A stretch of DNA of 62,411 nucleotides, counting the filler. It is 10 parts of 10 records of this genome, joined end to end, with 100 filler letters (N's around TTAATTAATTAA, not from the genome) between each part and the next. Parts side by side here need not be neighbours in the genome. Positions count along the whole stretch, not along the records: positions 51,187 to 57,036 come from SRR31147125_72361; positions 57,137 to 62,411 come from SRR31147125_72403; 8 more parts are not named here. One strand, 5' to 3'. Position 1 is the first letter of the stretch. Every line of letters starts with the position of its first letter. The notes beneath the pieces are model-generated. The model was not told the origin of the DNA and searched no databases. It saw nothing but the letters and a program-made list of their open reading frames with translations. Both the position numbers and the translations under genes were made by a program. Positions 51,578-62,387 of the stretch are shown here, piece by piece.

Positions 51578-53920
51578 ATGTTCAGATACAACCGTATTTT
51601 TATTGTTCTGTTTGCCAGTCTTTTTTTTATGATTTCCGGGTGTGGTGATGAAAAGGAAAGCCAGGTAAAAACACATATAGAGAGTGCAAGACAATTTATC
51701 GCCCAGAAAAAAATTCAGACCGCCATTATTGAATATCGAAATGCGGTACAATTGGATCCCAATCATGATGTGGCCCTGTTTGAACTTGCCGAGGCCTATA
51801 TTCTGACCGGCCAGATCTCCGGAGCCATCCGGTATTACAATCTGGCAGCCAAGGCCAATCCCCAGAATATTCTTTCATATCTGAGGCTTGCACAGATTTA
51901 TATGCAGACCAATGAGCTTTTGGAGGCCAGAAATCATATTTCAAAGGTGCTGGAAATTTCCCCCACCTCCATTGATGCCTATCATTTACTATCAGGGGTT
52001 CAGATCAGGGAACGGGATATTGAATCGGCCATTGAAACACTCAATAAGGCTATTTCCATGGATACGAAAAATATAAAAACCTATATATCCCTGGCCCGGC
52101 TTTATATGAAAGAAAATGCTTACGATAAAGCGGAAAACGCCTATATGGCAGCCATCGCACAAGACGCTGCTTCAAGGGACGCTTATATTGAACTGGCCAG
52201 GTTATACGGCTCCCGGGGAAACTGGGACAAGGCGGAAACACTATTAAAAGGAATGCTGGAAACACCTGGAATTAAGATCCAGAAATATACGGATCTGGCC
52301 AAATTCTATCAAGGGAGAAAGCAGTTTGACCTGGCTGAAAAATATTTCCAGGATGCTGTGCTTCAGGGAGAAGACCGGGTCGAGCCCCTGATCAATCTGG
52401 CCGAATTCTATACCCGGAGAAATCAGCAGGATAAAGCCGTGGTTACCATGAAGAATGCCCTGGCCAAACAACCGGACAACCCTTTGATTCTGACAGGCAT
52501 GTCACAGATATACCTTCATTTCAATCAATTGGAGGCCGCTGAAACCTCAGTAAAACAAGCCCTCTCCTATGATGACGATTATGCAGATGCCTTATTTCAG
52601 GAGGGCCGGATTTTTATGGCAAAAAATAATTTTAAAGAAGCCCTTAACCGGTTCGACCAGGTGATTGCATTAAATCAGATCAATGCAAAGGCCTATTATT
52701 ATAGGGCATTATGTATAAAAAAACGGGGGGCGACGGACCGGCCTGAACAGGAAATATTCCGGGCTGCCGCCGGTATGCTCAATAACCCTGAAGCCTTTGA
52801 AAGAGATCAGATTAAAGGGAACCTTCTGGCGGCCATTACCGTAAACCCCAACCTTTTGGATGCCAGGTACAGGCTCATGGAAATTTATATTCTGGAAAAG
52901 AATATAGAAAAAGCAAAGGAGCAGATGGAGGAAATTTTCAGGCTTTCTTCGCCCAATATCAAAAGCATGACCCTGTTGTCAGGACTCCACCTTCTTGAAG
53001 GGGATACCCAGGGAGCGGAAAATATTCTCCAGGCCATCATAAAAGAGAAACCCGGCTATATCCCTGCCCATATCCGTCTGGGACTCTTGTATAATTCCAC
53101 CGGAAGAGCGGAACAGGCCCTTGAATTTTTTCAAAAAGCCTTTGACATGAATCCCGGCCAGATCGGGATTGTAAAAATGATGGTCAATATTCATCTGAAA
53201 AAGAAAGAATATACCAGGGCGCTTGACCTTGCCAAAACCCTTGCGGCCAAATCATCCCCGGAAAATAAAGCATTTTTTGATAATCTGAAAGGGGAGATTT
53301 ATCTGGCGGATAAGCAATGGGAAAAAGCATTTGGTCTTTTTTCAACGGCGGCCGAGCAAAAGCCTGGGTTTATTTCTCCGCTCATGCATATGGCACGGAT
53401 GCAGACCGGCCGCAAGTTATATCACCAGGCCCTGGGCTATTATAATCAGGTTGAAACTCTCAATCCCAAATATATTCCGGCACTGATATCCATGGGGTAT
53501 ATATACGATACAATGGGTAATTTAAATCAGGCGGAAATTTATTACCGCAAAGTGCTGGCGTTGGTTCCGAAACACCCTGATGCTGCAAATAATCTTGCAT
53601 TTATCCTGTCAGAACGGAAGGGGGCAACGGATGAGGCCTTGAAATATGCCGGCATCGCCAGGGAAAAGGCGCCGAAAAACCCCAATGTACTGGATACCAT
53701 GGGATGGATTTATTACCAGAAAGGCAATTATCTCAATGCCCTTTCAGAATTGGAGGAAAGCCTGAAAATAAACCCTGACAGCGCTCTTGCCTGTTTTCAT
53801 TACGGCATGGCTCTGTACCGGACCCAGGAATTTGAACGGGCCCGGGAGTATTTTAAAAAGGCCCTGGATATTGATCCTGATTTTAAGGATGCTGGGACTG
53901 CCAGAAAAATGCTTAATTAA
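51578..53920 (+). CDS. PEP-CTERM system TPR lipoprotein (PrsT-like)
   Basis: ISGC lipobox, AIIEYRNAVQLDP, many TPRs, NNLA..LDTMGW. Confidence 0.85.
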   Translation: MFRYNRIFIVLFASLFFMISGCGDEKESQVKTHIESARQFIAQKKIQTAIIEYRNAVQLDPNHDVALFELAEAYILTGQISGAIRYYNLAAKANPQNILSYLRLAQIYMQTNELLEARNHISKVLEISPTSIDAYHLLSGVQIRERDIESAIETLNKAISMDTKNIKTYISLARLYMKENAYDKAENAYMAAIAQDAASRDAYIELARLYGSRGNWDKAETLLKGMLETPGIKIQKYTDLAKFYQGRKQFDLAEKYFQDAVLQGEDRVEPLINLAEFYTRRNQQDKAVVTMKNALAKQPDNPLILTGMSQIYLHFNQLEAAETSVKQALSYDDDYADALFQEGRIFMAKNNFKEALNRFDQVIALNQINAKAYYYRALCIKKRGATDRPEQEIFRAAAGMLNNPEAFERDQIKGNLLAAITVNPNLLDARYRLMEIYILEKNIEKAKEQMEEIFRLSSPNIKSMTLLSGLHLLEGDTQGAENILQAIIKEKPGYIPAHIRLGLLYNSTGRAEQALEFFQKAFDMNPGQIGIVKMMVNIHLKKKEYTRALDLAKTLAAKSSPENKAFFDNLKGEIYLADKQWEKAFGLFSTAAEQKPGFISPLMHMARMQTGRKLYHQALGYYNQVETLNPKYIPALISMGYIYDTMGNLNQAEIYYRKVLALVPKHPDAANNLAFILSERKGATDEALKYAGIAREKAPKNPNVLDTMGWIYYQKGNYLNALSELEESLKINPDSALACFHYGMALYRTQEFERAREYFKKALDIDPDFKDAGTARKMLN

Positions 53921-54117
53921 AAATATATACGAATTTATTTTCATAAATAATATTACATTTTTTACATAATAGTAATTACAAAAGTTCCTATATTTCAAGA
54001 AATCTAAACACAGACCATTCTATTTAGATATTTACGCTATCGTTTCTAACATCTGAAACAGGTGTGAAATAGATCAAAAATCAATGATTTTTAAAAAAAA
54101 TATAATATAAATATAGT

Positions 54118-54133
54118 TGGCATCTTGTTTGCA
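54118..54133 (+). promoter_or_regulatory. sigma54 promoter of the PEP-CTERM gene
   Basis: TGGCAT-CTTGT-TTGCA, 46 bp upstream of ATG 54180. Confidence 0.75.
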
Positions 54134-54179
54134 GGTACAGAAAACCAAATATAGTTTATCTTTGATTAGAGGCTTTGTT

Positions 54180-55040
54180 ATGAAAAAATGGTATGTGGCG
54201 TTCATTCAATTTGTAGTGGTCAGTTTTTTGGGATTATCGATGGTTTCTGCTGCTCCCAATATTGATGGGTATATGTATTATACAAGCCAAAATGATTGGG
54301 GGGGACTGGGTACAAACACCGTAAAAGAATTCTCCGGTAATTTTAGTCCGTACACGTCTTTAACCAATGTCAGTGTTGAATATGGGGATTCATACGGATC
54401 CAGCTATGATGTTGAAGAATTGGGCGTGTATATTGACAATAATATGCTTTATATAGGTATTCAGACTGATTACGATTTATCCACCTCCCCAAACTCATCG
54501 GGTGTGGAGGCGGGGGATTTTATCTTTAACTTTGACGAAAGCAGTGCCAATTTCTACCAGGACAACAGAGATACTGATGATTTTGCATTGGATTTTTCCA
54601 TCAAGAGCAACGGCAGTGTGGATATGACCCTTCTTGCTGGTAATCTGGTGTCCGGGACGAACACCACTGATATAAATAATTATGGCAAAACTTGGGAGAT
54701 CGTTTCAGCTGACTCTTCCCAGACGTTCGCAAATGCGGGTAAATTTACCGAGAATTATTCGGACAGTAATGGATACTATACTCTCGAAGCCGCTATTGAT
54801 CTGAGTCAGCTTTCCAATCAATTGGCTACTTTATTTACAGGGTATGCAGCAAATAATGATTCTGTAACCATGTATTGGCAACCCTCTTGCGGGAATGATT
54901 TTCTGGCCGCCAGAAGTGATTTCAGTTATAATCCTCCAGATTTTAATAACCCAATTCCCGAACCTGCCACCCTGCTTTTGTTCGGTATCGGATTGTTGGG
55001 CGCAAGTTCTTTGGGGCGTCGTAGACATCGTCGAAACTAA
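54180..55040 (+). CDS. PEP-CTERM sorted surface protein
   Basis: Signal peptide; Ser/Thr/Asn/Asp-rich body; CGND; PIPEPATLLLFGIGLLG-RRRHRR tail. Confidence 0.93.
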   Translation: MKKWYVAFIQFVVVSFLGLSMVSAAPNIDGYMYYTSQNDWGGLGTNTVKEFSGNFSPYTSLTNVSVEYGDSYGSSYDVEELGVYIDNNMLYIGIQTDYDLSTSPNSSGVEAGDFIFNFDESSANFYQDNRDTDDFALDFSIKSNGSVDMTLLAGNLVSGTNTTDINNYGKTWEIVSADSSQTFANAGKFTENYSDSNGYYTLEAAIDLSQLSNQLATLFTGYAANNDSVTMYWQPSCGNDFLAARSDFSYNPPDFNNPIPEPATLLLFGIGLLGASSLGRRRHRRN

Positions 55041-55080
55041 AAATCCAAATATTTAAAACCGGCAACGAAATTTAAGAATA

Positions 55081-55120
55081 AACAGGCTGTATAAGGAATA
55101 CATGCAGCCTGTTCGTTTTT
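55081..55120 (+). terminator. Intrinsic terminator after the PEP-CTERM gene
   Basis: AACAGGCTGTAT..ATGCAGCCTGTT followed by a T-run. Confidence 0.7.
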
Positions 55121-55276
55121 AGAGGCTTTATTGTTAAAAAATTCAAGATATACTGAATTTTAGAAAAATGTATAAACCACGATATCAGGACTATTTAAGC
55201 ATTGACAAAAAATAATACCTGAGAAAGAATGAAGTCTCTGTTTTTGTGAAAAAAATGATCTAATTTTAACTGTGGA

Positions 55277-56968
55277 ATGAGCATGGCTGAACCCTTTCAA
55301 AAACCGCAGCAGATTACACCGGAACAGATTATCGATATCCTGATCCGGGGTAAATGGATTCTTATCATTCCTTTGTGTATTTCCCTGACCCTTGGGTTGG
55401 CCAAAACCCTGACAGCGGATAAAACCTACGAAGCATCCACTTTGATTCTGGTTCAGCCCCAGCGGGTTCCAACCAATTATGTCCAGTCTGTGGTCACTTC
55501 CACCATCAGCCAACGCATCAGCACCATATCCCAGCAGATTCTGAGCCGGAGTAATATTGAAAAGATTATCGATCAGTTCGGCCTTTATGAGGATAAAGGG
55601 GATATGTACCTGGAAGATAAAATCGAAAATATGAGGAAAAAAATCCAGGTGAAAATTGAAAGGGCCAGGCATGGTGCCGAAGCTTTTTCAATTGCATATA
55701 AAGGCAGTGAACCCCAGAGGGTGATGCGTATCGCCAACACACTGGCTTCCTATTTTATGGATGAAAACCTAAAGGTGAGGGAAGCCCAGGCTGTGGGGAC
55801 CAGTGATTTTCTGGATTCAGAACTTCAGAAAACAAGGAAACGTCTTGAAGAAAGGGAACAGAAACTTGCGGCATACAGGGCTAAATACCTTGGTGGCCTT
55901 CCTGATGAACTTGAGACGAATCTGCGGACTCTGGATCGTTTACAAAAACAACTGATTGAAAAAAATAATATGCTCAGGGATGCCAGAAATTCCCTGGGGA
56001 TGCTGGAGACCCAGATTGCCCAGTCAAAAGAGATGGCGTCCTCAGCCCTTGAAGATTCTTTCGGCGGGTTTGATTTTGAAGAAGAAGAGCAGGTTGAATC
56101 GGAAAATACCCAGAAATTGACTGCTGCCAGGGAAGGGTATGAGAATCTTTTACTCAGGTACACTGAAAAACATCCGGATGTATTAAAGCTTAAAAAGACC
56201 ATTGAAAAGTTGGAAAAATCCATCGCAGAAGAAGAAAAATCAGCAATGGAGGAAGCGGAAGACTCGCCTGAACTGGAGGGAGAATCATTGGGCGATAATA
56301 CGGCTGGGGATATTGAAGTTGGCCAGGGTGTGGGAGAAATGCCAAATTTTGCTGCCATGCAGCAGGAAGGCCAGCTAAAGCAGTTGAAAGGCGAAGTTAA
56401 GGTAATCCAATCTGAAGTAGCTGCAATCCAGAAAAAGATGAAACTCTACCAGCAGCGGGTGGAAAATACTCCAAAACGGGAATTGGAACTCCAAGCTTTA
56501 AAACGGGATTATACCAATATTCAAAATATTTTTAATTCTCTACTGGATAGGAAACTTGAAGCTGAACTTTCCGTGAGTATGGAGAAAAAACAAAAAGGGG
56601 AACAGTTTAGGATTCTGGACCATGCCAGGCTTCCGGAAAAACCAATTACACCTAATGTGAAACTTTTGTTTCTTCTTTCCGTGGCTGTTGGCCTGGGGAT
56701 TGGCGGCGGGATTATATTTCTGAAAGAGGCTGCAGGTTTTACAGTGATCAGACGGGATAAACAGGTCGAAGATATATTGGGATTGAATATACTTGCCTCT
56801 ATTCCACCTATTAAGGAAAGGTCTGACAGATTAAAACAGCGATTGAAAGCAATTGTTTTTGCTGGGTGCTGTTTTTATGCCGTCTTATTTTTAGGAATTT
56901 TCATCATACTCAATCAAAAAGGGTTGGACAGAACCATCAATTTTATCAAAACATATATCAGTGTTTAA
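55277..56968 (+). CDS. Polysaccharide chain-length determinant / co-polymerase (Wzc N-terminal type, XrtA-system-like)
   Basis: TM, YEASTLILV, coiled coils, YTEKHPDV, GEQFRILDHARLPEKP, C-terminal TMs. Confidence 0.9.
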   Translation: MSMAEPFQKPQQITPEQIIDILIRGKWILIIPLCISLTLGLAKTLTADKTYEASTLILVQPQRVPTNYVQSVVTSTISQRISTISQQILSRSNIEKIIDQFGLYEDKGDMYLEDKIENMRKKIQVKIERARHGAEAFSIAYKGSEPQRVMRIANTLASYFMDENLKVREAQAVGTSDFLDSELQKTRKRLEEREQKLAAYRAKYLGGLPDELETNLRTLDRLQKQLIEKNNMLRDARNSLGMLETQIAQSKEMASSALEDSFGGFDFEEEEQVESENTQKLTAAREGYENLLLRYTEKHPDVLKLKKTIEKLEKSIAEEEKSAMEEAEDSPELEGESLGDNTAGDIEVGQGVGEMPNFAAMQQEGQLKQLKGEVKVIQSEVAAIQKKMKLYQQRVENTPKRELELQALKRDYTNIQNIFNSLLDRKLEAELSVSMEKKQKGEQFRILDHARLPEKPITPNVKLLFLLSVAVGLGIGGGIIFLKEAAGFTVIRRDKQVEDILGLNILASIPPIKERSDRLKQRLKAIVFAGCCFYAVLFLGIFIILNQKGLDRTINFIKTYISV

Positions 56969-56985
56969 TTCCGGGGAGAATACTT

Positions 56986-57036
56986 TTGGGTAAAATTTAT
57001 AATGCCTTGGAAAAAGCGGATCAAAATAAGAAAAAA
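56986..57036 (+). CDS. Start of the associated tyrosine autokinase (fragment)
   Basis: GGAG RBS, then TTG: MGKIYNALEKA, typical of the kinase gene that follows such chain-length genes. Confidence 0.55.
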
Positions 57037-57136
57037 NNNNNNNNNNNNNNNNNNNNNNNNNNNNNNNNNNNNNNNNNNNNTTAATTAATTAANNNNNNNN
57101 NNNNNNNNNNNNNNNNNNNNNNNNNNNNNNNNNNNN

Positions 57137-57220
57137 GCGAGGAGTCTGAAAGACGACGTGGCAATCTAGATCAACAAAAAGGTTTACTGGATCGCTGCGT
57201 CCTAAAGGACTCGCGATGAC
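57137..57220. repeat. REP-like palindromic element (GTCATTGCGAG..GCAATC family)
   Basis: GCGAG-GAGTCTGAAAGAC-GACGTGGCAATC and the inverted unit GATCGCTGCGTCCTAAAGGACTCGCGATGAC. Confidence 0.7.
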
Positions 57221-57260
57221 AGAATCCTAGAGTATCTTACATAATGTTCAGGAGAGAAAA

Positions 57261-59891
57261 ATGAAGTCGCGTGAATTGAGAGAAAAATTTCTAAAGTATT
57301 TCGAAAAGAATAAACATAAACCATTAGCAAGCTCATCTTTAGTTCCACTAAATGATCCAACACTTTTCTTTGTTAATGCCGGAATGGTTCAGTTTAAAGA
57401 TGTTTTTCTTGGACATGACGTTAGAGACTATAAACGCGCAACAACCTCTCAGAAATGTATGCGTGTTTCAGGTAAGCATAATGATCTGGAGAATGTTGGC
57501 AGAACTCCTAGACATCACACTTTTTTCGAGATGCTTGGTAATTTCTCTTTCGGCGACTATTTCAAAAAAGAAGCCATTGCTTTTGGTTGGGAGTTCTTGA
57601 CTAAGGAAGTTGGGATCTCCGCAGATAGACTCTATATTACAGTTTATGAAGATGATGATGAAGCTGAAAAACTTTGGCTGAAGCACGTTGATAAATCAAA
57701 GATCTATAGATTGGGTGCAAAAGATAATTTCTGGTCGATGGGTGATACAGGCCCTTGCGGTCCTTGTTCCGAAATCCACTATGATATGAAGCCGGGCGGA
57801 GAAGTTAAAGCCGAAGATTTTGATGACGACCGTTTTATGGAAATTTGGAATTTGGTTTTTATGCAGTTCAATCGAGATGAAAAAGGGAATATGACAAGGC
57901 TTGCGAAGCCGTCGATTGATACAGGTATGGGGCTTGAACGCTTGGCTGCGGTTATGGCTGGCGTTGATGGAAACTATGAAACAGATCTCTTTTTGCCAGT
58001 GATTAAGCAGATTGAAGAAATATCCGGTAAAAAATATAGTGCCAATTATTCTTCAGATGCAAAAGATGATATTTCAATGAGAGTAGTTGCTGATCATGTT
58101 AGAGCTATGGCTTTTCTGATTGGTGACGGCGTTCAACCTTCAAATGAAGGTAGGGGATATGTCTTGAGAAGGATCATCAGAAGGGCAGCAAGGCATGGAA
58201 AGTTTCTTGGAATAGATAAGCCTTTCTTTGTTCCTCTAGTTCACACAATCATTGATATGATGGGGGCTTCGTATCCTGAGCTCATTCAACATAAGAGCTT
58301 TATCGAAAAAGTTATATCTAATGAAGAAGAACGTTTTAATGAAACTCTTGATAAGGGTCTAGAGATTTTAGAGAAGAAGTTTGCTGAATTGAAATCGGAA
58401 GGCAAAACAGTCTTGGATGGCGAAGATGTATTTACGCTCTATGACACTTATGGATTTCCAAAAGATCTCACTGAAGATATTGCAGCTGATGCGGGAATCA
58501 CAATAGACCATGATGGGTTTGAAAGCCACATGAGTCAGCAGAAAGATAGAGCTAGAAGTGCTTGGAAGGGATCTGGAGAAGATTCTGTTGCTGAAATATA
58601 TAAGCAGTTAAGTAAAGATGGTGTTGCTTCTAAGTTTGTTGGATATGAATGTCTGAACAGTGAGTCGAAGATTCTAGCAATAGTTAAGGATGGTGCTAAA
58701 ATAGAAAGTGCTTGTAAGAATGATAATGTTTCTTTTGTAGTCCAAGAGACGCCTTTTTATGGGGAATCGGGTGGTCAGATTGGTGACACGGGAATGGCAG
58801 TTAATGATAATACTGAAATCGAGATTACAAATGCCACAAAGCCTATTCAAGGCATCGTTGTTCATCATGGAAAAATTGTGAAGGGCGAGATTAAAAAGGG
58901 TGATACTCTGGCACTAGCTGTCGATGCAGAGAGACGTGAGGACATAAAGAAAAATCATACTGCAACGCACTTGCTTCATCGTGCTTTACGAGAGACTTTA
59001 GGAGAGCATGTAAAACAGTCGGGATCATATGTTAATGATGAACGATTAAGATTCGATTTTTCTCACTACTCTTCGTTAACTTCAGAAGAGATAGCTGAAA
59101 TTGAAAAAGACGTTAATCAGGCCATAAGAAAGAATTATCATGTTCTAGTCGAAGAAATGAAACATGAAGAGGCTGTAAAAAAGGGTGCTCTGGCATTCTT
59201 TGGCGATAAGTATGGCGATGTAGTTCGCATGGTTTCAGTCGAGGGCTATTCAATGGAGCTTTGTGGTGGAACTCACGTCGACTATACAGGTGAAATTGGA
59301 ATGTTGAAGATAGTCAGCGAATCTAGTGTTGCTGCTGGAATTAGAAGAATTGAGGCAGTTACAGGAAGAGGTGTTGAAGATTTCGTAAATAATATTGAGA
59401 AGAGTATGCACGATCTTTCAGGTGCTCTTAAGGTCTCTGTAGACAAGGTTCCAGAGCGAGTCTCAAAGATCATGACAGATAGTAAAAAGTATCAAAAAGA
59501 GATCGAAAAGCTGCGTGCCCAGTTGATTTCCGGTGCTCCAGGGGCTGCGGAGGCTGATGCAAAGGAGGTTGGCGAAACTAAGTTGCTTGTTAAAGAAGTT
59601 ACGGATGTCGAACCTAAAGAACTAAGATCTATAGCTGATACTCTGAAAGCCAAAGTTGGATCGGGCATTGTGGCTATTATTTCTGAAGTTAATGATAAGA
59701 CATCGATGCTAATAGCGGTGACAAAGGATGCTGCTGACAAATATTCTGCTGGTCAACTCATGAAAGATGTTACTAAAGAGATTGGCGGAACTGGCGGCGG
59801 AAGAAATGATATGGCACAGGGCGGTGCTCCTGAGACTGGAAAGAATAAGGCTATTATAACCAAGTTAGAAGAGGTCATTAAGTCTAGATAA
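57261..59891 (+). CDS. alaS: Alanine-tRNA ligase
   Basis: NAGMVQFK, HHTFFEMLGNFSFGDYFK, IDTGMGLER, HTATHLLH, ELCGGTH, GGG..MAQGG. Confidence 0.99.
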   Translation: MKSRELREKFLKYFEKNKHKPLASSSLVPLNDPTLFFVNAGMVQFKDVFLGHDVRDYKRATTSQKCMRVSGKHNDLENVGRTPRHHTFFEMLGNFSFGDYFKKEAIAFGWEFLTKEVGISADRLYITVYEDDDEAEKLWLKHVDKSKIYRLGAKDNFWSMGDTGPCGPCSEIHYDMKPGGEVKAEDFDDDRFMEIWNLVFMQFNRDEKGNMTRLAKPSIDTGMGLERLAAVMAGVDGNYETDLFLPVIKQIEEISGKKYSANYSSDAKDDISMRVVADHVRAMAFLIGDGVQPSNEGRGYVLRRIIRRAARHGKFLGIDKPFFVPLVHTIIDMMGASYPELIQHKSFIEKVISNEEERFNETLDKGLEILEKKFAELKSEGKTVLDGEDVFTLYDTYGFPKDLTEDIAADAGITIDHDGFESHMSQQKDRARSAWKGSGEDSVAEIYKQLSKDGVASKFVGYECLNSESKILAIVKDGAKIESACKNDNVSFVVQETPFYGESGGQIGDTGMAVNDNTEIEITNATKPIQGIVVHHGKIVKGEIKKGDTLALAVDAERREDIKKNHTATHLLHRALRETLGEHVKQSGSYVNDERLRFDFSHYSSLTSEEIAEIEKDVNQAIRKNYHVLVEEMKHEEAVKKGALAFFGDKYGDVVRMVSVEGYSMELCGGTHVDYTGEIGMLKIVSESSVAAGIRRIEAVTGRGVEDFVNNIEKSMHDLSGALKVSVDKVPERVSKIMTDSKKYQKEIEKLRAQLISGAPGAAEADAKEVGETKLLVKEVTDVEPKELRSIADTLKAKVGSGIVAIISEVNDKTSMLIAVTKDAADKYSAGQLMKDVTKEIGGTGGGRNDMAQGGAPETGKNKAIITKLEEVIKSR

Positions 59892-59904
59892 TTGGGAAAA
59901 CTTC

Positions 59905-60921
59905 ATGAATTATTTGCGGCGAATTATTTTGATAATAGTTTTAGGGTTGCTTGTTCCATCTCCTCTGTTCGCCAAGAGTTTTCCCTCGAATGGTCCCTTT
60001 AGAGCGCGCACCTTAAATCCAGTTTATTTACAATCTTTGGGTCAAACCCCAGATAAAGCAACAGTTCTTAACAAAGGTAGTGTTGATACCTGGTTTGATT
60101 TTGCCTATACAAATCTTTTTGAGGTTGGGAGTAGCGGTACCAATGAGCTCTTTCTTGATATGGAGTTAGCAAGAATCTCCTATAATATTGCAGCGGGTCT
60201 TGGACATGGAATGCAGGTCAGCCTTGAAGTTCCAGCCCTTCACTATAACGGCGGTTTTCTCGATAAATTTATTCAGGACTTTCACAAATTCTTTGGTTTT
60301 CCAAACGGTGGGCGAGAATACTATCCCAATGGAATGTTTAGGTATAGAATTGTAAAGAATGGAAGGGTTCTTTATAATGTTTCACCACTTACCCTCGGAC
60401 TCAGTGATATTGTCCTCGGTTTTAAGCATAACTTTATAGAAGAGACGAAATCGATGCCTGCCTTTTCTTGGAGATTTAAGTTTAAGTTTCCAACGGGCAA
60501 TAGACACACTGGAAGCGGAAGCGGAAATCCCGATTTCTCCTTAGGTTTCGTGATGGAGAAGAGTATTTCAAGGTGGCACTTTTTTCTTAACTTAGATTAT
60601 ATTGTGGTTTCAGGTAATGATTATTTTGCTGAATTGTATAATCATGAAATGCTTGCTTGGGCTACAACAGTTGAGCTAAGTGTTTCCAAACCAATATCTG
60701 TTCTAGTCCAATTGCAAGGTTCAACAAATCAGCTAAGCGCAATGCATATCGAAGCATGGGATGGCGTTCCTGTTGACCTTGTTGTCGGTGTTAAAGGAAC
60801 TCACAAAAAACTTATATGGGGTCATGATTTCTTTTGGCGATGGGATTTTACAGAAGACATCTATCCAGATGGTGCTTCAGTAGATATTTCCACAGCTTTA
60901 CTTTTTGGAATAAGGTTTTAA
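59905..60921 (+). CDS. Outer-membrane beta-barrel protein (DUF3187-like)
   Basis: Signal peptide, LDME, GGFLD.FI..FH..FG.PNG, KFPTG, terminal Phe. Confidence 0.7.
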   Translation: MNYLRRIILIIVLGLLVPSPLFAKSFPSNGPFRARTLNPVYLQSLGQTPDKATVLNKGSVDTWFDFAYTNLFEVGSSGTNELFLDMELARISYNIAAGLGHGMQVSLEVPALHYNGGFLDKFIQDFHKFFGFPNGGREYYPNGMFRYRIVKNGRVLYNVSPLTLGLSDIVLGFKHNFIEETKSMPAFSWRFKFKFPTGNRHTGSGSGNPDFSLGFVMEKSISRWHFFLNLDYIVVSGNDYFAELYNHEMLAWATTVELSVSKPISVLVQLQGSTNQLSAMHIEAWDGVPVDLVVGVKGTHKKLIWGHDFFWRWDFTEDIYPDGASVDISTALLFGIRF

Positions 60922-60938
60922 AAATAAATTGTAATGGG

Positions 60939-60997
60939 CTTCTCGACGATGCTCGAAGACTATTTATATTGCTCGAGTGAAAGAGGTGAATCGAGAA
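60939..60997. repeat. Second REP-like inverted repeat (TTCTCGA..CTCGA / CTCGAG..TCGAGAA)
   Basis: CTTCTCGACGATGCTCGAAG and GCTCGAGTGAAAGAGGTGAATCGAGAA face each other. Confidence 0.5.
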
Positions 60998-61002
60998 TTA
61001 AT

Positions 61003-61042
61003 AAAAAACCCGGTGAAGCGTTATCGACACCGGGTTTCTTTT
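61003..61042. terminator. Bidirectional intrinsic terminator
   Basis: AAAAAACCCGGTG-loop-CACCGGGTTTCTTTT between convergent genes. Confidence 0.85.
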
Positions 61043-61063
61043 ATCTATTATCTTAATTAATCC

Positions 61064-61477
61064 TTAAAACGGAATATCGTCATCTACTGCGAAGCCTGGG
61101 TTGTTGTCTGCTGGAGCTGAAAATTCCTGACTTTGTGTTGCTGCTGGTCTTGCTCCTGCTGGGGCTCCACCTAAGAAGAGAACTCTTTGTGCTAAAACTT
61201 CAGTTGTGTAACGCTTGTTACCATCTTTATCATCCCATTGTCTTGTTTGAAGTCTTCCTTCAACGTATACTTGACGACCTTTCGCAAGGTACTGTTTGCA
61301 AGTTTCTGCTTGTTTTCCAAAAACGACAACTTTGTGCCATTCTGTCTTTTCGCCATTTTGCCATTTTTCAGTTGTTGCAATGCTGAAATTTGCAACAGGC
61401 TGACCGCTGCCTGTGAAGCGGACATCTGGATCTTGTCCAAGATTTCCAATTAATGATACTTTGTTTAGACTTGCCAT
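61064..61477 (-). CDS. ssb: Single-stranded DNA-binding protein
   Basis: [32 protein letters not shown]. Confidence 0.98.
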   Translation of the reverse strand: MASLNKVSLIGNLGQDPDVRFTGSGQPVANFSIATTEKWQNGEKTEWHKVVVFGKQAETCKQYLAKGRQVYVEGRLQTRQWDDKDGNKRYTTEVLAQRVLFLGGAPAGARPAATQSQEFSAPADNNPGFAVDDDIPF

Positions 61478-61591
61478 ATTTCCTCCTTATATTGCCAAAC
61501 TATCAGCGTAAGTTACACGTGCTTACCTTAGATATCGGCTTGGCAGTTGTTGTTAAGAATCGACATATACCCCAATCTTTACAAGATCAAG

Positions 61592-62257
61592 CTATTTGTT
61601 AATTCGGCGCGATAATTTTTTAGATTCCTTTTTCCAATATCTGTAATCCATATGAGATTTCCAATTAGGTATCAGTCTGTTTGCTTCACTTAGGGCCACT
61701 TTTGCATTCTCTATCATGTCGGCTTCATTAAAAGCTTTTGCGAGGGCCAGATAATTCTCAGGGTAGTCCGGAGCTATATTCACAGCCATGTTCAGCAATC
61801 CTATGGCTTTTTCAACGTCGCGAACAATTGGTTCCTTTTTCATAGAGGTTGCGGGGACCTCAGTGTAAATAATTCCCATCATTCTGTATCCACCTGCATA
61901 AGCAAATGTGTTGTCGAGCTCATTTACTTTCTTGCAGTCTTTAATCATCTCTTGAAGACCCTTTTGGTATCCAATCACCTTTGTCTGATAGTAGAGACCC
62001 GTATTAACGGCGTGGTAGTAATAACAGGAAGCTCTTTTAGGAAACTCAGTTATACATTCATTTGCGACTGCAATTCCTCGCTTTGAAAGCGTTAATTTTT
62101 CGCCGCGAGTAGGAGCCTGCTCGCATGCAATAGAGTATCTCTTTGCAATTTCCCATTTTGGCATATCGGGAGTTGTTTTGATAGCTGCCCTGGATGAAAC
62201 GCAGGCTGAACAAAATAGAATCAGTAGAAATAAAATATAGAAGTTTCTCGTTTTCAT
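61592..62257 (-). CDS. Helical-repeat (TPR-like) lipoprotein
   Basis: MKTRNF..LFCSAC lipoprotein-like signal; YAGGYRMMGIIY..VP; AVNIAPDYPEN. Confidence 0.7.
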   Translation of the reverse strand: MKTRNFYILFLLILFCSACVSSRAAIKTTPDMPKWEIAKRYSIACEQAPTRGEKLTLSKRGIAVANECITEFPKRASCYYYHAVNTGLYYQTKVIGYQKGLQEMIKDCKKVNELDNTFAYAGGYRMMGIIYTEVPATSMKKEPIVRDVEKAIGLLNMAVNIAPDYPENYLALAKAFNEADMIENAKVALSEANRLIPNWKSHMDYRYWKKESKKLSRRINK

Positions 62258-62387
62258 GATAGCGGTTACTAGCAATAGTAAGATATTATTTCCACATAAA
62301 AAGTGAATAAAATCTTGCATGTAAAAGCTATTATCTGTAGTGGGTTGTCTTGTGTATGTGTAGTTGTGAACAAAGGTTCTGATTTTT

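Noticed and set aside
7830-57136. Regularly recurring TTAATTAATTAA flanked by Ns, read as a biological repeat or array
   Set aside because: It is an artificial all-frame-stop linker, so gene neighbourhoods across linkers are meaningless.
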